64,000 bases of DNA from the human T2T-CHM13v2.0 reference genome, Homo sapiens (GCF_009914755.1 NC_060930.1), one strand, 5' to 3'. Positions 1 through 13,803 are shown, counted from the stretch's first letter. Numbers and translations: made by a program. Notes: a model not told the origin generated them from the letters alone.

Positions 1-1124
1 CAAAGAACTCACTCACTCAGAGGAAAAGTAAACAATTCTAAGGCAGGAGGTAATTTTTCTTTTTACTTTTCTTTTTGAATGACAATTTTTGTTTCGGAAG
101 GCCTCTGTGTCTATCAAATAGGCAGTAGTGTTTGTGGCCATATTTGTGGCCTGAACGCAGCTGTCTAAACCCTGCAAACAGTTGGAATGACACTGCAGGA
201 ATTCTCGGTCTCACTGAAACTGCAGAAATGGCAGGGGCCTCTCTCATGGCAGGCACTGAAATACCTTTAATCACACCAGACAAAGGCCATCCAGGATGCA
301 CGGAAACCAAACCTCTCTCCTCAGCCCTTTGAGAGTAGTTGAAGTGGATATTATTTTAATCAAATCCTTTTAAATCACTAAATAGGATGACTCCATTTAA
401 TTAGCTTTTTACACAAAAAGCACATTTTTGTTCTGATACAACTTGATTACATATTTTTCAATTTTTAAATGGGTATGGGTTTCACTTTTTAAAAATACAC
501 TTTATACACTTAAAGCAATGATATCTGGAACTGTAACCCTCAAGAATTCTAAAAGATTCTGTGGAAAAGAAAATATTTGCTTTAATGTTTCCCTTGTGCA
601 CTACTGCGTCCCCCTCTTTTATCTTTGAACTCTCTTTGCTTGCCCAGATTAGTTCAATTTTAAGAATGATCTGTTCATTTGTCTGCTTGAAACTTTGTAC
701 TTTTGGGGAGCAAGTCAAGGAATGATGGTCTTATCGCCACATAATGCTATTAACAAGCATGGTTTCCACTCATTCATGCCTGCTCAATTTTTTAAGAGGG
801 CCTACTATGAGTTAGGCACTAGGCTTGGCACAGATAAGGATTCTGAGCTGATAAAGCCTGCAGTTCCACAGTGAACACTGCTGTCAGACAGTCACTGCAC
901 AGATAACTATGCAACCACAATGACAGCTTTGAAGCGGCCGTGGCGATAGGGCAACCCCATCCAGCCTGGGCCTTTAGGGGAGTGTCAAGGAAGAGCTCTC
1001 TAAAAAGTAACAAATGCCGCTTTCTTAGAACTTACGAAACTTAAAAAAAAATAAGGCACACAAACATATTGTCTCAAATATTATATAAACTCCAAAGTAA
1101 GGTGGGGTATGGGAAGGGGAAAGC

Positions 1125-1270
1125 TCTGAGCCCAGACAGATCTGAGTAGAATCCTTACTATAACTACAGCACCTTGAGCCTCTCATAGCTCCCTCACAGG
1201 ACTGCTGTCACAGTGAAGTGTAACATAGATGATATAAAGCACTCTGCATAGCAGAAGTTCAATAAACCAT
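1125..1270 (+). mobile_element. MIR SINE fragment (approximate)
   Basis: Degenerate MIR-like segments GCTCTGAGCCCAGACAGATCTGAGTAGAATCC and ATAAAGCACT...AGTTCAATAAA. Confidence 0.5.
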
Positions 1271-2584
1271 AGATATTAATTAATACAGAATTTATGCTAA
1301 CTTGTCTTTGAGCTTTAGCATGTCAAAATAAAGCTAATTTTCCACTTCTGTCTTTACAAAAACGTTCAACTAAAAGAGGAAACTTAAAAATCCACATGAA
1401 GAACAAACACTGTAACTTTGGCAATTTTTCTCCACTGGAGTTGGCCAACAGGTATCATTTACTTATACAACAGATGCACATCCTATATTAGATTCTTCTG
1501 GATAGGTAAACACAGACAAAAAGAAAAGTTGATAGATCCGTGTTCAACAGTGTTCTACCAGCAACAGAAAAAGGTTCTGAAAGTGGAACTTCTAGAATAG
1601 AGCTTTTAAAACAGCAAACTCCCCTAAGGCAATGATTGTTTTTCAGGTCATCAACTACTTGACTGAGGAGAGGGTGCAGGCAGAGCCTTTCAGAGGTGCC
1701 TCAGACTCACTCCATCCAAGCAGCATTTCTACCCGTTTAGCTTCTCTTAATCTGGATTCCCTGTGCACTTACAGACATCCACACCACGGGTCAGTCACCC
1801 GTGTTCACTCTTTTGTTAGACACTCATTGCTCCTTCAGTCCCAATCCATAACTGGTCTTACCTGGCATTCTTTAGACTGGTGGCCAACAGCCCTTTTTCC
1901 ATTTTAATTCAAGACCCAAGTCAGAAAACAAAAACAAAAACAAAATGTATTTGGTTTGTGTTTTTCAATTTAAAAGCGAGTAATTTTACTTGGTCCTGTG
2001 AAAGGGACCACTTTACTGATAAGAAAAATGAAACTTGGGGAGGAGAAATGATTTTTCTAAGGTCTAACAGGAAGTTAACAGCAGAAGTGAAGCAAAATTG
2101 AACACATTCCATTCAGTGCCCCCCACACCCCACTAACTGAGCCCTGCTGTTTGCCCGGCATGGGGCCAGGACTGGGAACCCAGATGAATGGACTTCCCCC
2201 TCCTGTGGCTGCAGGATTCACTGCCTGAGTTGGACAGGGGAGGGCAAGTCCTGCAGTCTGGGGCAAATGCCAGGCATTTCTTTGGGCTCCAAGGCACAAT
2301 ACTGCCCTGAGGGGGCTCCTGGCACCCATAGGCTCTTGCCTGCTGTGGACCTGGCCTAGTCCAGAAGGGTCACAGTATACTGACCTCCCATAGGCGACAG
2401 TCTTTGCCAATCCCTGGCTTCCACAGCCAAAACCTGAGTGCATGCGGATTCTAAAAAGGCTCCTTCTGCCTTGTCCTAACTAGAGCTGTGTTATTTCCCC
2501 AAGTTGCCCTGGTTTGTATGAGCTGAAAAGCCCGTGACTAGCAGTAGATCACAGGCCATCCTGCAGAAGCTAGGTGCCTGCATG

Positions 2585-2597
2585 GGGTCAAAGGTCA
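2585..2597 (+). promoter_or_regulatory. DR1 nuclear-receptor response element (GGGTCA-A-AGGTCA) in FYN intron 2
   Basis: Exact RGGTCA-N-RGGTCA direct repeat. Motif match only, binding not shown. Confidence 0.35.
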
Positions 2598-3673
2598 GGA
2601 GTTACTCACAATTGTTCTGGAACAATGTTTCAGATAGTATACTTCCCTAACTTAGAGACAAACGAGCTGCATTCAGAATGGCTCTAGTTCAGAAAGAAAA
2701 GCCTCTCTTGCACTCAAATCAAGATGAGAAATAACCCCAAGTCATTCTCAGATGATGAAGGGGCAGCCCCCAAGTGGCCAGGGAATTGAGGAACATAACT
2801 CAGAACAGCTGAAAAGTTACACCCAAGGCAATGTGGTTGGGCAGAGTAGTGGGGGCCGAAAAGGACGCCTGGGTGGCTAGCGAGAGCTGCGACGTCCAGC
2901 CTTTCAGTGGGGGAACTCAAGGCACCTGGGGAGGCAGAGAGACGTACAGGCAGAGAAGGCTCAGCAAACATTCAGAGAAAGAATGCATTCACAGCTCCTC
3001 ACACCCACTCCATCATGGAGTTTTTCTGGATAGCTCAGCCCTCAGTCAGAGCTTCCAAGCCCCTTCTGCACAGCTCTCAGATTGTACCATCATTACCTGA
3101 GTACTTGTCAGTCACATTCACTTTTGTCTCAAGAGAGTCCAGCATGATGTCTAACACCCAGTAGGAACCAAAAAAATGTTACATTAATGAAAGAATGACC
3201 TGCTACACAGTGGCTGCAATTCAAAGATACGGCTCAGGCAGAGGTGAGCAGCAGCCATCTGAGAGTGGAGGAAAAACAACAATGAATGGACTGAAAACGA
3301 CCTCCTTGACCAGCCTGAGGATAGGCGCTCCCCATTCCTCCCCAGCCTGAAGGCTCCTCAGCCATGGGACAGCTGTTCCATTCTATTTCTGGGGTGGGAG
3401 CCATAACTTATAGTCAAAACATATGTTCCCATAAATTACCAGAATTGAGTGTTACAACTAAGGGAAGGGAGAAAATAGTGGGTCCACCAAAGGAGGTAAG
3501 GTTTTCTTTCTATTTCACAAACCAGTTCCTTCTCCAACTCGACCTCTCTCTTAGAAATCTATGGACTCAGAATTACAATCCCAAATTAAAAGTGGACTTC
3601 ATCCTAGGTTCCAACAGGAAGCCCTTTATAATTCACAAGGCACTTGCTCTCAGTGCAAAACTTGCCAACTTAC

Positions 3674-3714
3674 TTTTTCCACGTTTAGATCAGCATCCTG
3701 CTTCTTCAAAAAAA
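3674..3714 (-). other. FYN: FYN non-coding exon 2 (41 nt, 5'UTR)
   Basis: Minus strand: long pyrimidine tract ...TTTTTTTCTTCTTCTACAG| TTTTTTTGAAGAAGCAGGATGCTGATCTAAACGTGGAAAAA |GTAAGT. Matches the segment I recall following exon 1 in FYN mRNA. Confidence 0.92.
3685..3696 (-). other. uORF Met-Leu-Ile-stop within FYN exon 2
   Basis: AGG ATG CTG ATC TAA on the minus strand, with A at -3. Confidence 0.7.
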
Positions 3715-3989
3715 CTGTAGAAGAAGAAAAAAAAAAGTGAGACATCAAAAGAGAACCAAGTACTCTCTGCCTACAAACCACCCACAAAGCACCACCATAG
3801 AATTTCCATTTGTTGCAGACAATCAATTTGCCCACAAATTTTTTATCATTCACACAATTGTTGCTAAGTCACAGTTGCCACAAACACCTGTCTGAAACTG
3901 CAAAGACCTGGCCTTGTACCACCAAAGGAAGCCAGCATGAGATTTTAACTTTCTGGAATCAGGAAAGATAAGGATAGAGGCCTTGTGTG

Positions 3990-4036
3990 TACACACACAC
4001 ATACACACACACACACAAACACAAACACAAACACAC
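3990..4036. repeat. (CA)n / (CAAACA)n microsatellite
   Basis: Direct inspection. Confidence 0.9.
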
Positions 4037-7000
4037 TTCCCTTTTTCAGAGTCTCTACAAGTCATCAACGGTTGGGGCACAATTAAAACTGAGTCTTCCA
4101 AGGTCTTACTCAATTTACCTCTTGGATTAAAACACCCCCAGCACCCAGCCCATACCTTCCCCACTTCCTATCTGACTGTGGGTGGGCCCCGCTGTCAAAA
4201 AAAGCATTTTGGGGATGGCCCCTGGTTCCCAGCAGCTGGGGTTCCCCTCTGCAGGAGGTTTGCCAACCCAGCAGCCTGCATCATCTTGTCCATGGAACTC
4301 CAGCCCCGGGACTACCTTAGAACCTTGTGCCAAGCCCCTGGCGAGGCTGAGTGCTGGTTCTGATGACACCCATGCATGCTTCACATTAATCTTTAAAGTG
4401 CCAGGAGCAGGATGGCAGCTTTCCAGTTTGCTCACACGCTGTGCCTACAACTGGCCAATATTATGGTACTTCATTTATTATCTGCAATTTTAGCTGTTTG
4501 AATAAAGCTGCAGTTTTAATAAAGTGTCTAAAGAGAACAATAAAAATAGTTGAATGGAATTATGTTTACAACAATATGTTAGGGCAGAGAGCTTTGAGTT
4601 AAGAAATATGAAAAAAGGCAGGAACAATTTTTCCTATCTTGTAGAGACTCTTAAGCTTTTCAATGTGACTCTTAGTATCTTTCTTCCTGATCCACGATTT
4701 AAAACACCCCCATGATAAGTTATTATTCCCATCAAAACCATCCCCCACCACACACACACACAAGAATTTTTGCACTGTTTGGAAAGATGTATAATTAACA
4801 GTAACATCTTTGTTTTGTTTAATCAAAGATGACTCGGAATGAAGGAAAGAAAAAATGACCATGAGGAAGAGAATTTGAAACTCATATATTGTTCTCTGCA
4901 GATGGGCATTCAAATCATGAACTCACTGGAGATGAGCAAGAGAACCACCATGGAGGTGAGAGAGAATGTGCTAATAAGCATGCCATTGCAGCTCATGCCT
5001 TAGCAACCCATATCATCTCACCTCTTCCTGGGTTCTGAGACATGCTGTCCTGTCCTACGGAGAAACCGCCAGGCAATAGATGCCTTTTCTTTTGGCTAAC
5101 CCACTAGGGATCTAGACACTGCTAAGCTGTAAAAAATGAGAATTATTTGTCCAGAAATTTTAACTTGCTTCCCTATAATCAGAAGAGAATAAATCAATAC
5201 TATGAGAACTCTTCACAAAAGGGAACATGTATAGAGTGGAACTTTGCCTTCTATTCTTGAACACTTCTGCAGAGGCTCAGAAAAGTTGTTGCTCTGATTC
5301 ACAGGTCACAATAAGGAGATTTCTATTTACAAGGTGGAAGACTTTTTCATCAGCCTTAGAAAGAGCACTTGGAGAATCATTACCATTTCCAAAGTAGGGA
5401 AGAAACTTTAATACCCTTCTTTCAAGCATACTGTGTAATTCCAACAACATAGGATGCCCAATTCACAAGATTCTGAAAGAATGAGCCTTCACGCTACAGC
5501 ACTTTAGCAACCAGTACCAATAGGAAAACGGAAAACCCATTTGAAGCTGCTGACTCACTACTGCATAAGGAGTGTTATCCATCCATACATATATACGGCA
5601 TCATCCAATTTCTTTTTCAGGCTTACGAAACAGATGGAGTTAACTAACAAAAACAATATATACACCCATCATTCTGCAGCCATAAACCAAAAGGAGGACA
5701 CCACAGCTTTAACTCTGAGGACTCTAAGCAAGATACTGAAATATTTTTAGAGAGCGGCTCCACTGTTTCCAAGATGATAAGGATGGACGCAAAATAGAAT
5801 TGCTATCTAGAATAAAGAGTGGCATTTGCTTTTAAAACCACGTATATCTTTCTTAAGGCTGTCTTTCTGAAAAGTTGAGAAAAAGTAAATGTTTATTCAC
5901 AAATGTTTAAGTGAAATAGAGATACTTTTTATTTCAAAGATTCATATTTTCTTAAAAATCATTTTTTAAAAATTGACCAATTATCTTCCTAATTTATCTT
6001 TATTCTAAATCTGATTTTTTGAAGATGCAAGTTTTAGGTTTCCAAGACTAAGGGAAGATAGGCTTCTCCCACGCCCACCCCCGTGTGTGTGTGCATGTGC
6101 GTACAGATATATTATATTGATATGCATATGTAGTTACACAGACATTTTAAACAGTTGTCTATGCATTCAATTGTGGGCTTTGGGCATTAGGGCATTTTCC
6201 ATGCTTTTATTCTTCTTGCTGAAGCAGTGCTGATGTTTCGTTTGAGAAACATAACTGAAGTGACCCAGATAGCCCAGTGGAAAAGGCTGATCCATTAATG
6301 TTGCAAATGTGTGGTCAACTGCAGGAATGGAAGCCAAAGGACAAGACCCTGACCAAAAATGAACTACTTCCAACTGCCTAGATCAGACCAATCCTCCAAC
6401 ATTGGGTGAACACACAGACAATAAATAAAACTGAGCAATCCTCAACTCTGAGCTCTCTCTTGATACAGCCATCCCTCCAGCTCCCCGTCACCCCCCTGCA
6501 CTGTTTCCGAATGCCCACAGACATCTCCCTATGAACCTCACGACAGGGCAGTGCAGGCAAAGCAACCAGTACACAGTCAAAGGAGCATGGGCTGCACGCT
6601 TAGAGGCCTGACAGTGCTGCACAACAGAGGAGTGGCTAGGAGGATGGTGGCAGGCTGGAGGGAGAAAGGTGGGAAGTAAGGCAGAGGCCAGACTGTGAGA
6701 GACGGTGTACAGTAGCTAAGAAGGCAGCCAGAAGTAGCACTGTACCACTGTGTTTTCAACCTGCCTCTATCCCAGGAAAGGGCCGAAAAAGAAAGGCAGC
6801 CCCCAATAATTCCTGGTGCTGGGCTATGCCTTGTCATTCCAATCTCACCAACCCTGCTGGGTAGCAACTTTCTCCTAATCAGCCTGCAGGGTCCAGATTA
6901 AAATCACTTTTTCACTCTTGTTTTCCTTTGCCCACACCCCCATGCAGGACTAGATTTCCTCTTCTCTGTGTTCCCACGGCACTTTGTGCAGAGCCTGTTT

Positions 7001-8799
7001 CGTTGTTTCCCCGCTAGACTGTCAGCTTCTTGGTGACTGGGACTACACCAAGCATGGTACCTGCAAGATACAGGGGCGTGTGCCATCTCTGGTGATGGCT
7101 GGAGGAAGGGTGAAGAGGGGAGGTGACAGAGAGAATTAAATCAATGGAGATCCAAACTGGAGATTCTGCTATTATGTTTACTACTACCCAGCAATTCTTG
7201 CTATTGAAAGAGATTCAATACATTAGGGTCATAACCATGTATCATACAGGATGAAGGACATTTAAGAGCCATGATGAATCCAAGATTTAAATAATGGTTC
7301 AGGATTTTGTCTGATTATCTTAAAAATGGAAGATTGAGAGAAAAACAAGGTATAATTTTCCCTTGCCATGGTGTCTTCTCTATTTCAAATTCAACTCTTT
7401 TTACTACTTGCAAAAGATTTAAAATATTCACTGACCTGCCAAAAAACATCTGTACATTGCTAGACACATCTTCACAGATTCACATCGGAATGGCTTCTTT
7501 CTGCACCAATGATCATAGCTCTATTCAACCACAACTAAAGTGAGAACCTCAGAACCGTACGTGGAGTGATGTCAGTGGTGACTGAGGATAAAATAGCCGT
7601 TTGATGCAACTTCCATATCGAGCGTGTCCACAGGGACAAGTGCTCCTTCACTTATTCTTAACTTAGGATCAAAGGCACAAAAATGACCAGGCAGGGACAG
7701 ACTCTGCCATAATTCCAAAGAAGGCTGAGACATATACACAGCACACACAGAAGCTCCTCAATGCTCTCTGGCAACGGGGCAGCCCCTGGCTCTCTGCCTG
7801 CAGCCCAGGAACAGGCCCACTCTCACAGGGCTCCCTGAGGCCTGTGCAGCTGCAGACAGACATGCAGTGTGTGGGACCATCCACGCTCAGGGTCTCCACA
7901 GTCTCCTGTGTGCCCAACAGCTGGGTTAGGCGCCTGAGACAGGACCCAGCTCAGACAAGGCCCTCTGTTGTGGAGCATTCCTCATTGCCACGTTTCCCCA
8001 GGAAAAATGTATTTTCCTCCAACCATTCATTCTGGCCCCAAACTAGCTCATTCTCCTGTGTCTTGCTCCACACACAAACCTTCTCCCAAGGTTAGAGATG
8101 GCAGCAACTGCAACTTCTTCTCCTGTCTTATTCAGTCCTAATCAAGGTACAGTGATATGTGCACGTTCAAAATGAGGGGCACGTGATGAACATGGTACTA
8201 GACATTGGTACTACCCCAGGGGCATCTAGGGGAAGACTCTAGTCTAGTAGAGGACAGCAGAGGTGGCTGGGGAAGGCCCTGGTGTCCCCCACATTGGGAG
8301 GATGGCACAGGTATCAGCCAGTGCTATGTGTACTTTGTATTACTATTTTGTTCTTGTTTATCTTACGTAAATATTTATTTTAGCTCATTAAAAAGGTAAT
8401 ACACGCTCATTGAAGATTTGGAAAATATGAAACCCCTGTTATGATACTGAAGCTTTTCCTTTTGGGCCAGTTTTTGTATGAACATACAAATTTCCACATT
8501 CTACCCCAGCACCTCCGCCTTGCACATCACAATTGAGAGCACACAACTTCTGACAGAGGCAACCAAAAGGGGAAGGGACCCTATAAGAACAGTGTACCTA
8601 GAAGCACTAACTGCACGGTCTGTTTCAGTTAGTATCATGATGACCACCTGATGATGCCCTTCATCCCTGACCTGTGAATTACTCTCTACAATACAGAATT
8701 GTGGTCCACAGGCAGGGAGGAAGAGGCTGGCTTGGAAACCAAGTTCCATCCCTAGCTCTGCTATTTATCTGCTCTGCGATTGGGTGGGAGAGGGTGTGG

Positions 8800-9135
8800 C
8801 AAGGGTCACATATTTAAAAACCCCAGGGGCCAGGTAAGCAACATAAATGAATAAAGCAGGTAAGATGAAGCTGGGTGAGCTGAAGAGCCCTGCTCCCTCC
8901 AAAGAAGACAGCCACAACACTGCTTGGGCAGGCTGCTATCATTAGAGAAGGCAGGTTCAGTTTTGCCAAATCTTCCCTTTTTTTTTTTTTCAAGAGAAGC
9001 TGGAAATCTCAGCTTTTATGTAATACTGTCCTATTTAAAAGTGTTAGTTTACATTTTTGAAACGCACCATGTGGCCCAACAAAACATAAATGACGGTATG
9101 TATGATCCAGCCCATAGAGTGGTTTGCTATCTTTA
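8800..9135 (+). mobile_element. MER102-like non-autonomous hAT-Charlie DNA transposon
   Basis: Segments CAGGGGCCAGGTAAGCAACATAAATGA, TTTTCAAGAGAAGCTGGAAATCTCAGCTTTTATGT and GGCCCAACAAAACA match the recalled MER102 consensus. Confidence 0.7.
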
Positions 9136-10709
9136 GAAGTAATAAAAAGGTACATGCCTCCGTTTCTCCTTCTGTTAAATAGGAAATTGACTATCTGCTC
9201 ACCACTGGGGATTTATTTAAGAGCACAGAGGGGGTTCCATTATCATATAACAAAATAATCCAAATGTATTCAGATATACAAAGCAGGGTAACACGTTCCC
9301 TTATATTTCTTAACCATGGTTGACATAAATGGGGCTTGATGTGGTGTGGAATTATTCGAAATGTACACTCATGCAGTTAGCTTCTAAATAAACAAAAGAA
9401 GAGAGCTGCAGTAGACTTAGAGGATGAGGGTGTGACCAGCTGGTGATACTGTATCAAATGGTGGAATGAAAGCCAGACTGGAATGGCTCTGATTTTTAAC
9501 AAACACCGTGTGGAGACAGGTAGTATTGACAACCCTCTCAAGAAGAACTGAAATAAAGGGTGGTAGAGAAGTGGGGTGTTGGCCAAAGGAGAATGGGGAT
9601 TAAGAAGAGTACATCCTTTAAGATAGATAAACTTACAAATGTTTATATGTTATGGAAATTATCTCATTTTAAGGCAAGCAAACAAAAAGCCCAAGTACCA
9701 ACTGAAGGAACTGTGTCAGAAAAATACGAGACTGTGTTGGGTGCAGTAAAAATTTTATTAGTAAGAGTTAAAAAAAAAATCCAAAATCTAGTTATATAGG
9801 TTTTCCTAAACAAGAAGCCAGGAAAAAAAAAGTCCTTACTACAACACACACTGCCCTACATTTTACACTGTGCCATTTCTGTATTTGTCCTTTTTAGCCT
9901 ACTTCTATCACAGTCTCTCTTTGCTAAAATACATTAGTTGCCATGGAAACGATGTCATAGTGTGTAAAACCATTTACTGTCCTTGGAAAGGCATTCATGA
10001 TAAAATTGAACAGTAGCACGTTCCACAAAGAGAAGCAACAGAACCAGTTGTGCAAGAACACAACAAGGTTTCACAACTGTGACTTCAGAGTATTCCTCTA
10101 CCACCAACATCATAGGTCTCTGAGAATTGCCTGAGCTTTTGCATGTCAGTTTTCCCCAAATCACCCAGAGCAGCACCTTTCCAAATGTACTTAAAAAGTC
10201 TTCATCTAATGTTGATGAAGACAATAGATTCCCTAGAATTCATACTTCCAAGAGGTGGGGAGGGGCTGGAAGACCACGGAATCAGAATGGTTTTATGCAT
10301 TGTAAGACTTCCACTAATGGAGAGGATCCAGTCCTGTCATACATTCTGCTGACCAACTTTGTTATCAGAGATACAAATCATATTTGGAACATAGAGATTT
10401 GGACTTGAATTTGCTTACTGGCATGGATTACCAAGACACTCCTTTTTTTTTTTTTCATCAATTCAAAGTAAACCAAATCATCACATCAAGAAAATACATT
10501 GTGCAACTCTCATGTCCCCTTCTGACAAAGAAGGCACATAGCCAGGTGTATGTTCCCTGGAAGCTTAAAATCTAGTTGGGGACAATCAGGCAAGAGCACA
10601 AACGGCCTCTTGCTTGGGCTGTGGCAAAGAGCTGGATTTTATCCTAATTGCGACAGGATGACATCAGGAGAGCAACATGATCTCATAGAGATTCTTTTAA
10701 ATATATGAA

Positions 10710-10954
10710 TTTTTAACTTTAGAGACAGGGTCTCACTGTGTCACCCAGGCTGGAGAGCAGTGGTAAGATCATAGTTCACTGCAGCTTTGACCTCTTAGGC
10801 TGAAGCGATCCTCCTACCTCAGCCTCCTGGGTAGCTAGGACTACAGAAGTGCTTCATCATGACAGGCTAATTTTCAAATTTTTTGTACAGATGGAGTTTC
10901 ACTGTGTTGCCCAGGCTGGTCACGAATTTCTGCCTTGAAGTGATCCTCCTGCTT
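10710..10954 (-). mobile_element. AluJ-type SINE (5'-truncated) within an L2 remnant
   Basis: AGACAGGGTCTCACTGTGTCACCCAGGCTGGAG...GATCATAGTTCACTGCAGC; high divergence. Confidence 0.88.
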
Positions 10955-11082
10955 TGTCATATAGATTTTTAAAAGCTCATTCAGCCATTGTGGGAAGTGG
11001 GGTTGGAAAGATCAAGACTAGAGAAGGGCAGAGTCCAGACAAAGGAGGGTGGAAAGCAGATGGAGAAATGTGATTTTCTACC

Positions 11083-13803
11083 CAGGTTGACAGTGTCCTT
11101 CCCTTTGTCTGCAAAAGTGCTGGTTTATGCCTGTTGTCGCAGCAGACAGTCAGGTTAAGCACTTGTTCAGATGTTTCACTTCATAAACCAAGTGTTATTA
11201 CTGGTTATATTAAAATACACCAGGATGGGTTTTGTAACCTCCAGTTTGCACTTGCAGCTTCTCCCATACCTTGTCTACCGGTGTGTGAGACGACTATACA
11301 GTGAAGGGAACGTTCATGTTAACATGTGATTAAAGCTGAAAGATGACCAATGACAATCCATTTCTTTTCCTGTCCCTTTCCAATCGTGGTGTAAGCAACA
11401 CCTCCCTTTCAAGGACAACACGCAGTATGCTCACCATAAAACAAAGAGTACTTGGACATGAGCAGCTAAGGGCAGCTAACTCCTTCCGGTCTTGATTGGC
11501 AGTAGGAAAAGTATTCCAGGCCACTGCCTCACCAGACACTAGATGTGCTGACCATTGCACTGTGACCTGTGTTGCAGCCTGAGATGCACGGAACAGCAGT
11601 CAGAAGGGTTAATGGAAAACACAGAAAGTTATAGGTTAGGCATACATGAAATATTCGCAGGAAACAGATCTGCTACAGATCTTTTAAAGAATTGTCTGAA
11701 TGCTCTCATTTCAGTGTTTTTGTCATTTATTGAATCGTTATACTATTTTATTTTGCAATATACCTTTTGGCAGTGATGAGCTAAAAAGAAAAAGAAAATG
11801 CAAGTTTAATAAAAAATTAAGTACCAAATTTCTGCTTTTCAAGAAAGCAGATGATGAACATAAATTCACACAAAATGCTTGTTGATACTTACTATCCATC
11901 ATGGGAGCCTTAGTGATATCACTGACTACATAAACCACAAGTCACAAATCTGCTAAAGAGGCAACAGCAACTACTTCAAATGTTAATAATGATGCAAGAC
12001 TATGTTAAGGAAGATGATTTAACATACGCAGCTGCAGAAGGTTTACTAACATAGCACTCTAGGAGACATTTCTTTTGGATGAAATGTCTGTTGTTCCAAA
12101 TTGATTTTGCTTATTTTTGAACTCAGGTTTTTTTGTGCATATATGAAAAGTGAAACGATGACTTTAATGTATTAGCTTCATTAGCAGAAGAAAAAAACTT
12201 CACCAAGAGTTAAATTATTCCAGTTTTATGTTAGTATTACCAGGTGTTTTAAACAGAAAATCAATTAATTCAAATAATATTTTTTTTCATTTATCTCATG
12301 GGATCAAAATAAAGCTTGTGGAAGTTTATTTTGTCACAGGTAAAACGTCTCATATTATTGTAAATGCTACTGTAAATTGTAAAAAGCTCAACATAGGAGA
12401 TGAAATGATTTGATTTTGCAGGAATAATACAAATTTTGTGATGCTAAAAATAAGGTTCTTAACTAAATCAAGAAACCTATGGTGCAGAATGTTACTTAGA
12501 ATGTGTTATGTCACATGCATAATTCATAACTGCATTCAAACAAGTGGCTATATCCTATCGAATGTAAAAACTGTAGAGGTAGAAATTAACTAATAGTTAT
12601 ATATACCCAATTAGAAATATCCCAAACTTTTTGTGACAAAGCCAATACTAAATACAAAAAACACTTCAACATAGCAGTATATTCCTTCTCTTTTGTCCCC
12701 GTCATCATCAACTGGGTTTTGTTAATGCTTGAGAAATGACTCTCTCTGTCAACCTGGGCGTGCCATAACGGTATCATAGACAAGTCCTTTAAAAAGTTTG
12801 GGTGTATTCTGTTCCAAACTAGTTGGAAGTCTTTGATCAAAGCAGTGAATGAAGCACCAAAACAGTTCAGCTTTTGAAGCCTGTAGCCAACTGCAGTTAT
12901 TGAAAATAAGGCTTGTAAACAGAAGATGCTCAAATTTATCCCAACAAAAGCAAAGGAGGAACTGAACACATTGCATGATGAGAACTCAGTGTTCAAGATT
13001 TAATTCTGAAATTCTGTTCTGATGTTTTGTAATATCTTGACTTGTGGCAATCTTTTGATGGAATGCCTAGTTTTAACTGGATACATTTATATTCCGTACC
13101 AGAATGGAGTGAAACTGAGAAGGTCTGCAATTTTGTGCCATCTAAATTTGACAAAACATTTGAAAGGACCACAGAGAAACTTAATTTCATAAGTTTTGTC
13201 TTATAAAAATATTTGTTGAAGAATTCTGAATGAGAGAAAAAGATCTGTGAACATATTTGGGTGAAAACAGTTACACATTTCAACATTTTAAAAACTTGTC
13301 TAAGAAGAGCTTCCACTGAGCAGAATTTGTTCAGAGCTCACCAGGGACTTTGCATCTAAGAGCTATTTTCTGAATGAGAAATATTGTGATGTACACATAG
13401 AAGCCAATCAAAGATATTAATTTCAAATACTAACTATAAACACAACTTTGAAGAGATTGGAGGCAACTTTATTAAGAAAATTAAAAACAATTCATTCTTC
13501 ATATGGAGTATCACTGGCATAGGTTAGTTAGAGACATTGCTAAAAAGTTGACTAATGGGAGTGAAAAATAATTACTTATGTTATTATTTTATAAAACTCA
13601 GATAATATAAGATTTTTTAAATTTAATCTATATGGACATATGTTTTTAAGTTTTAAAAATTTTATTTCTGAAAAGATTCTGAAGAGAACTATTTTATAGG
13701 TCTAACATATTTTTAAAATGTCAGTTAATAAATCAATACTTTTTAAATTCTATCCATTTAATTATTTGCTGACTCTTTTCAATTTAAATTATGTGGTTCT
13801 CCA
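11083..13803 (+). mobile_element. BLACKJACK (hAT-Blackjack) DNA transposon, near full length, with decayed transposase
   Basis: Left end CAGGTTGAC...GGTTTATGCCTGTTGTC and right end AAATTATGTGGTTCTCCA resemble MER81/BLACKJACK termini. Degenerate 8-bp TSD TTTCTACC/TCTCTAAC. hAT transposase remnants: KRKCKFN (~11790), FCRNNTNF (12414), IIHNC (~12519), PGT..ELFS (~13340-13371). Confidence 0.75.

Noticed and set aside
2602-2816. Possible extra minus-strand FYN exon (donor ATT|GTGAGT at 2609, acceptor CTTTTCAG near 2809)
   Set aside because: Short pyrimidine tract and no independent support; such pairs are common by chance.
11700-13316. Domesticated transposase gene (ZBED/Buster-like)
   Set aside because: Numerous stops and frameshifts, altered catalytic motifs and no long ORF; this is a fossil only.
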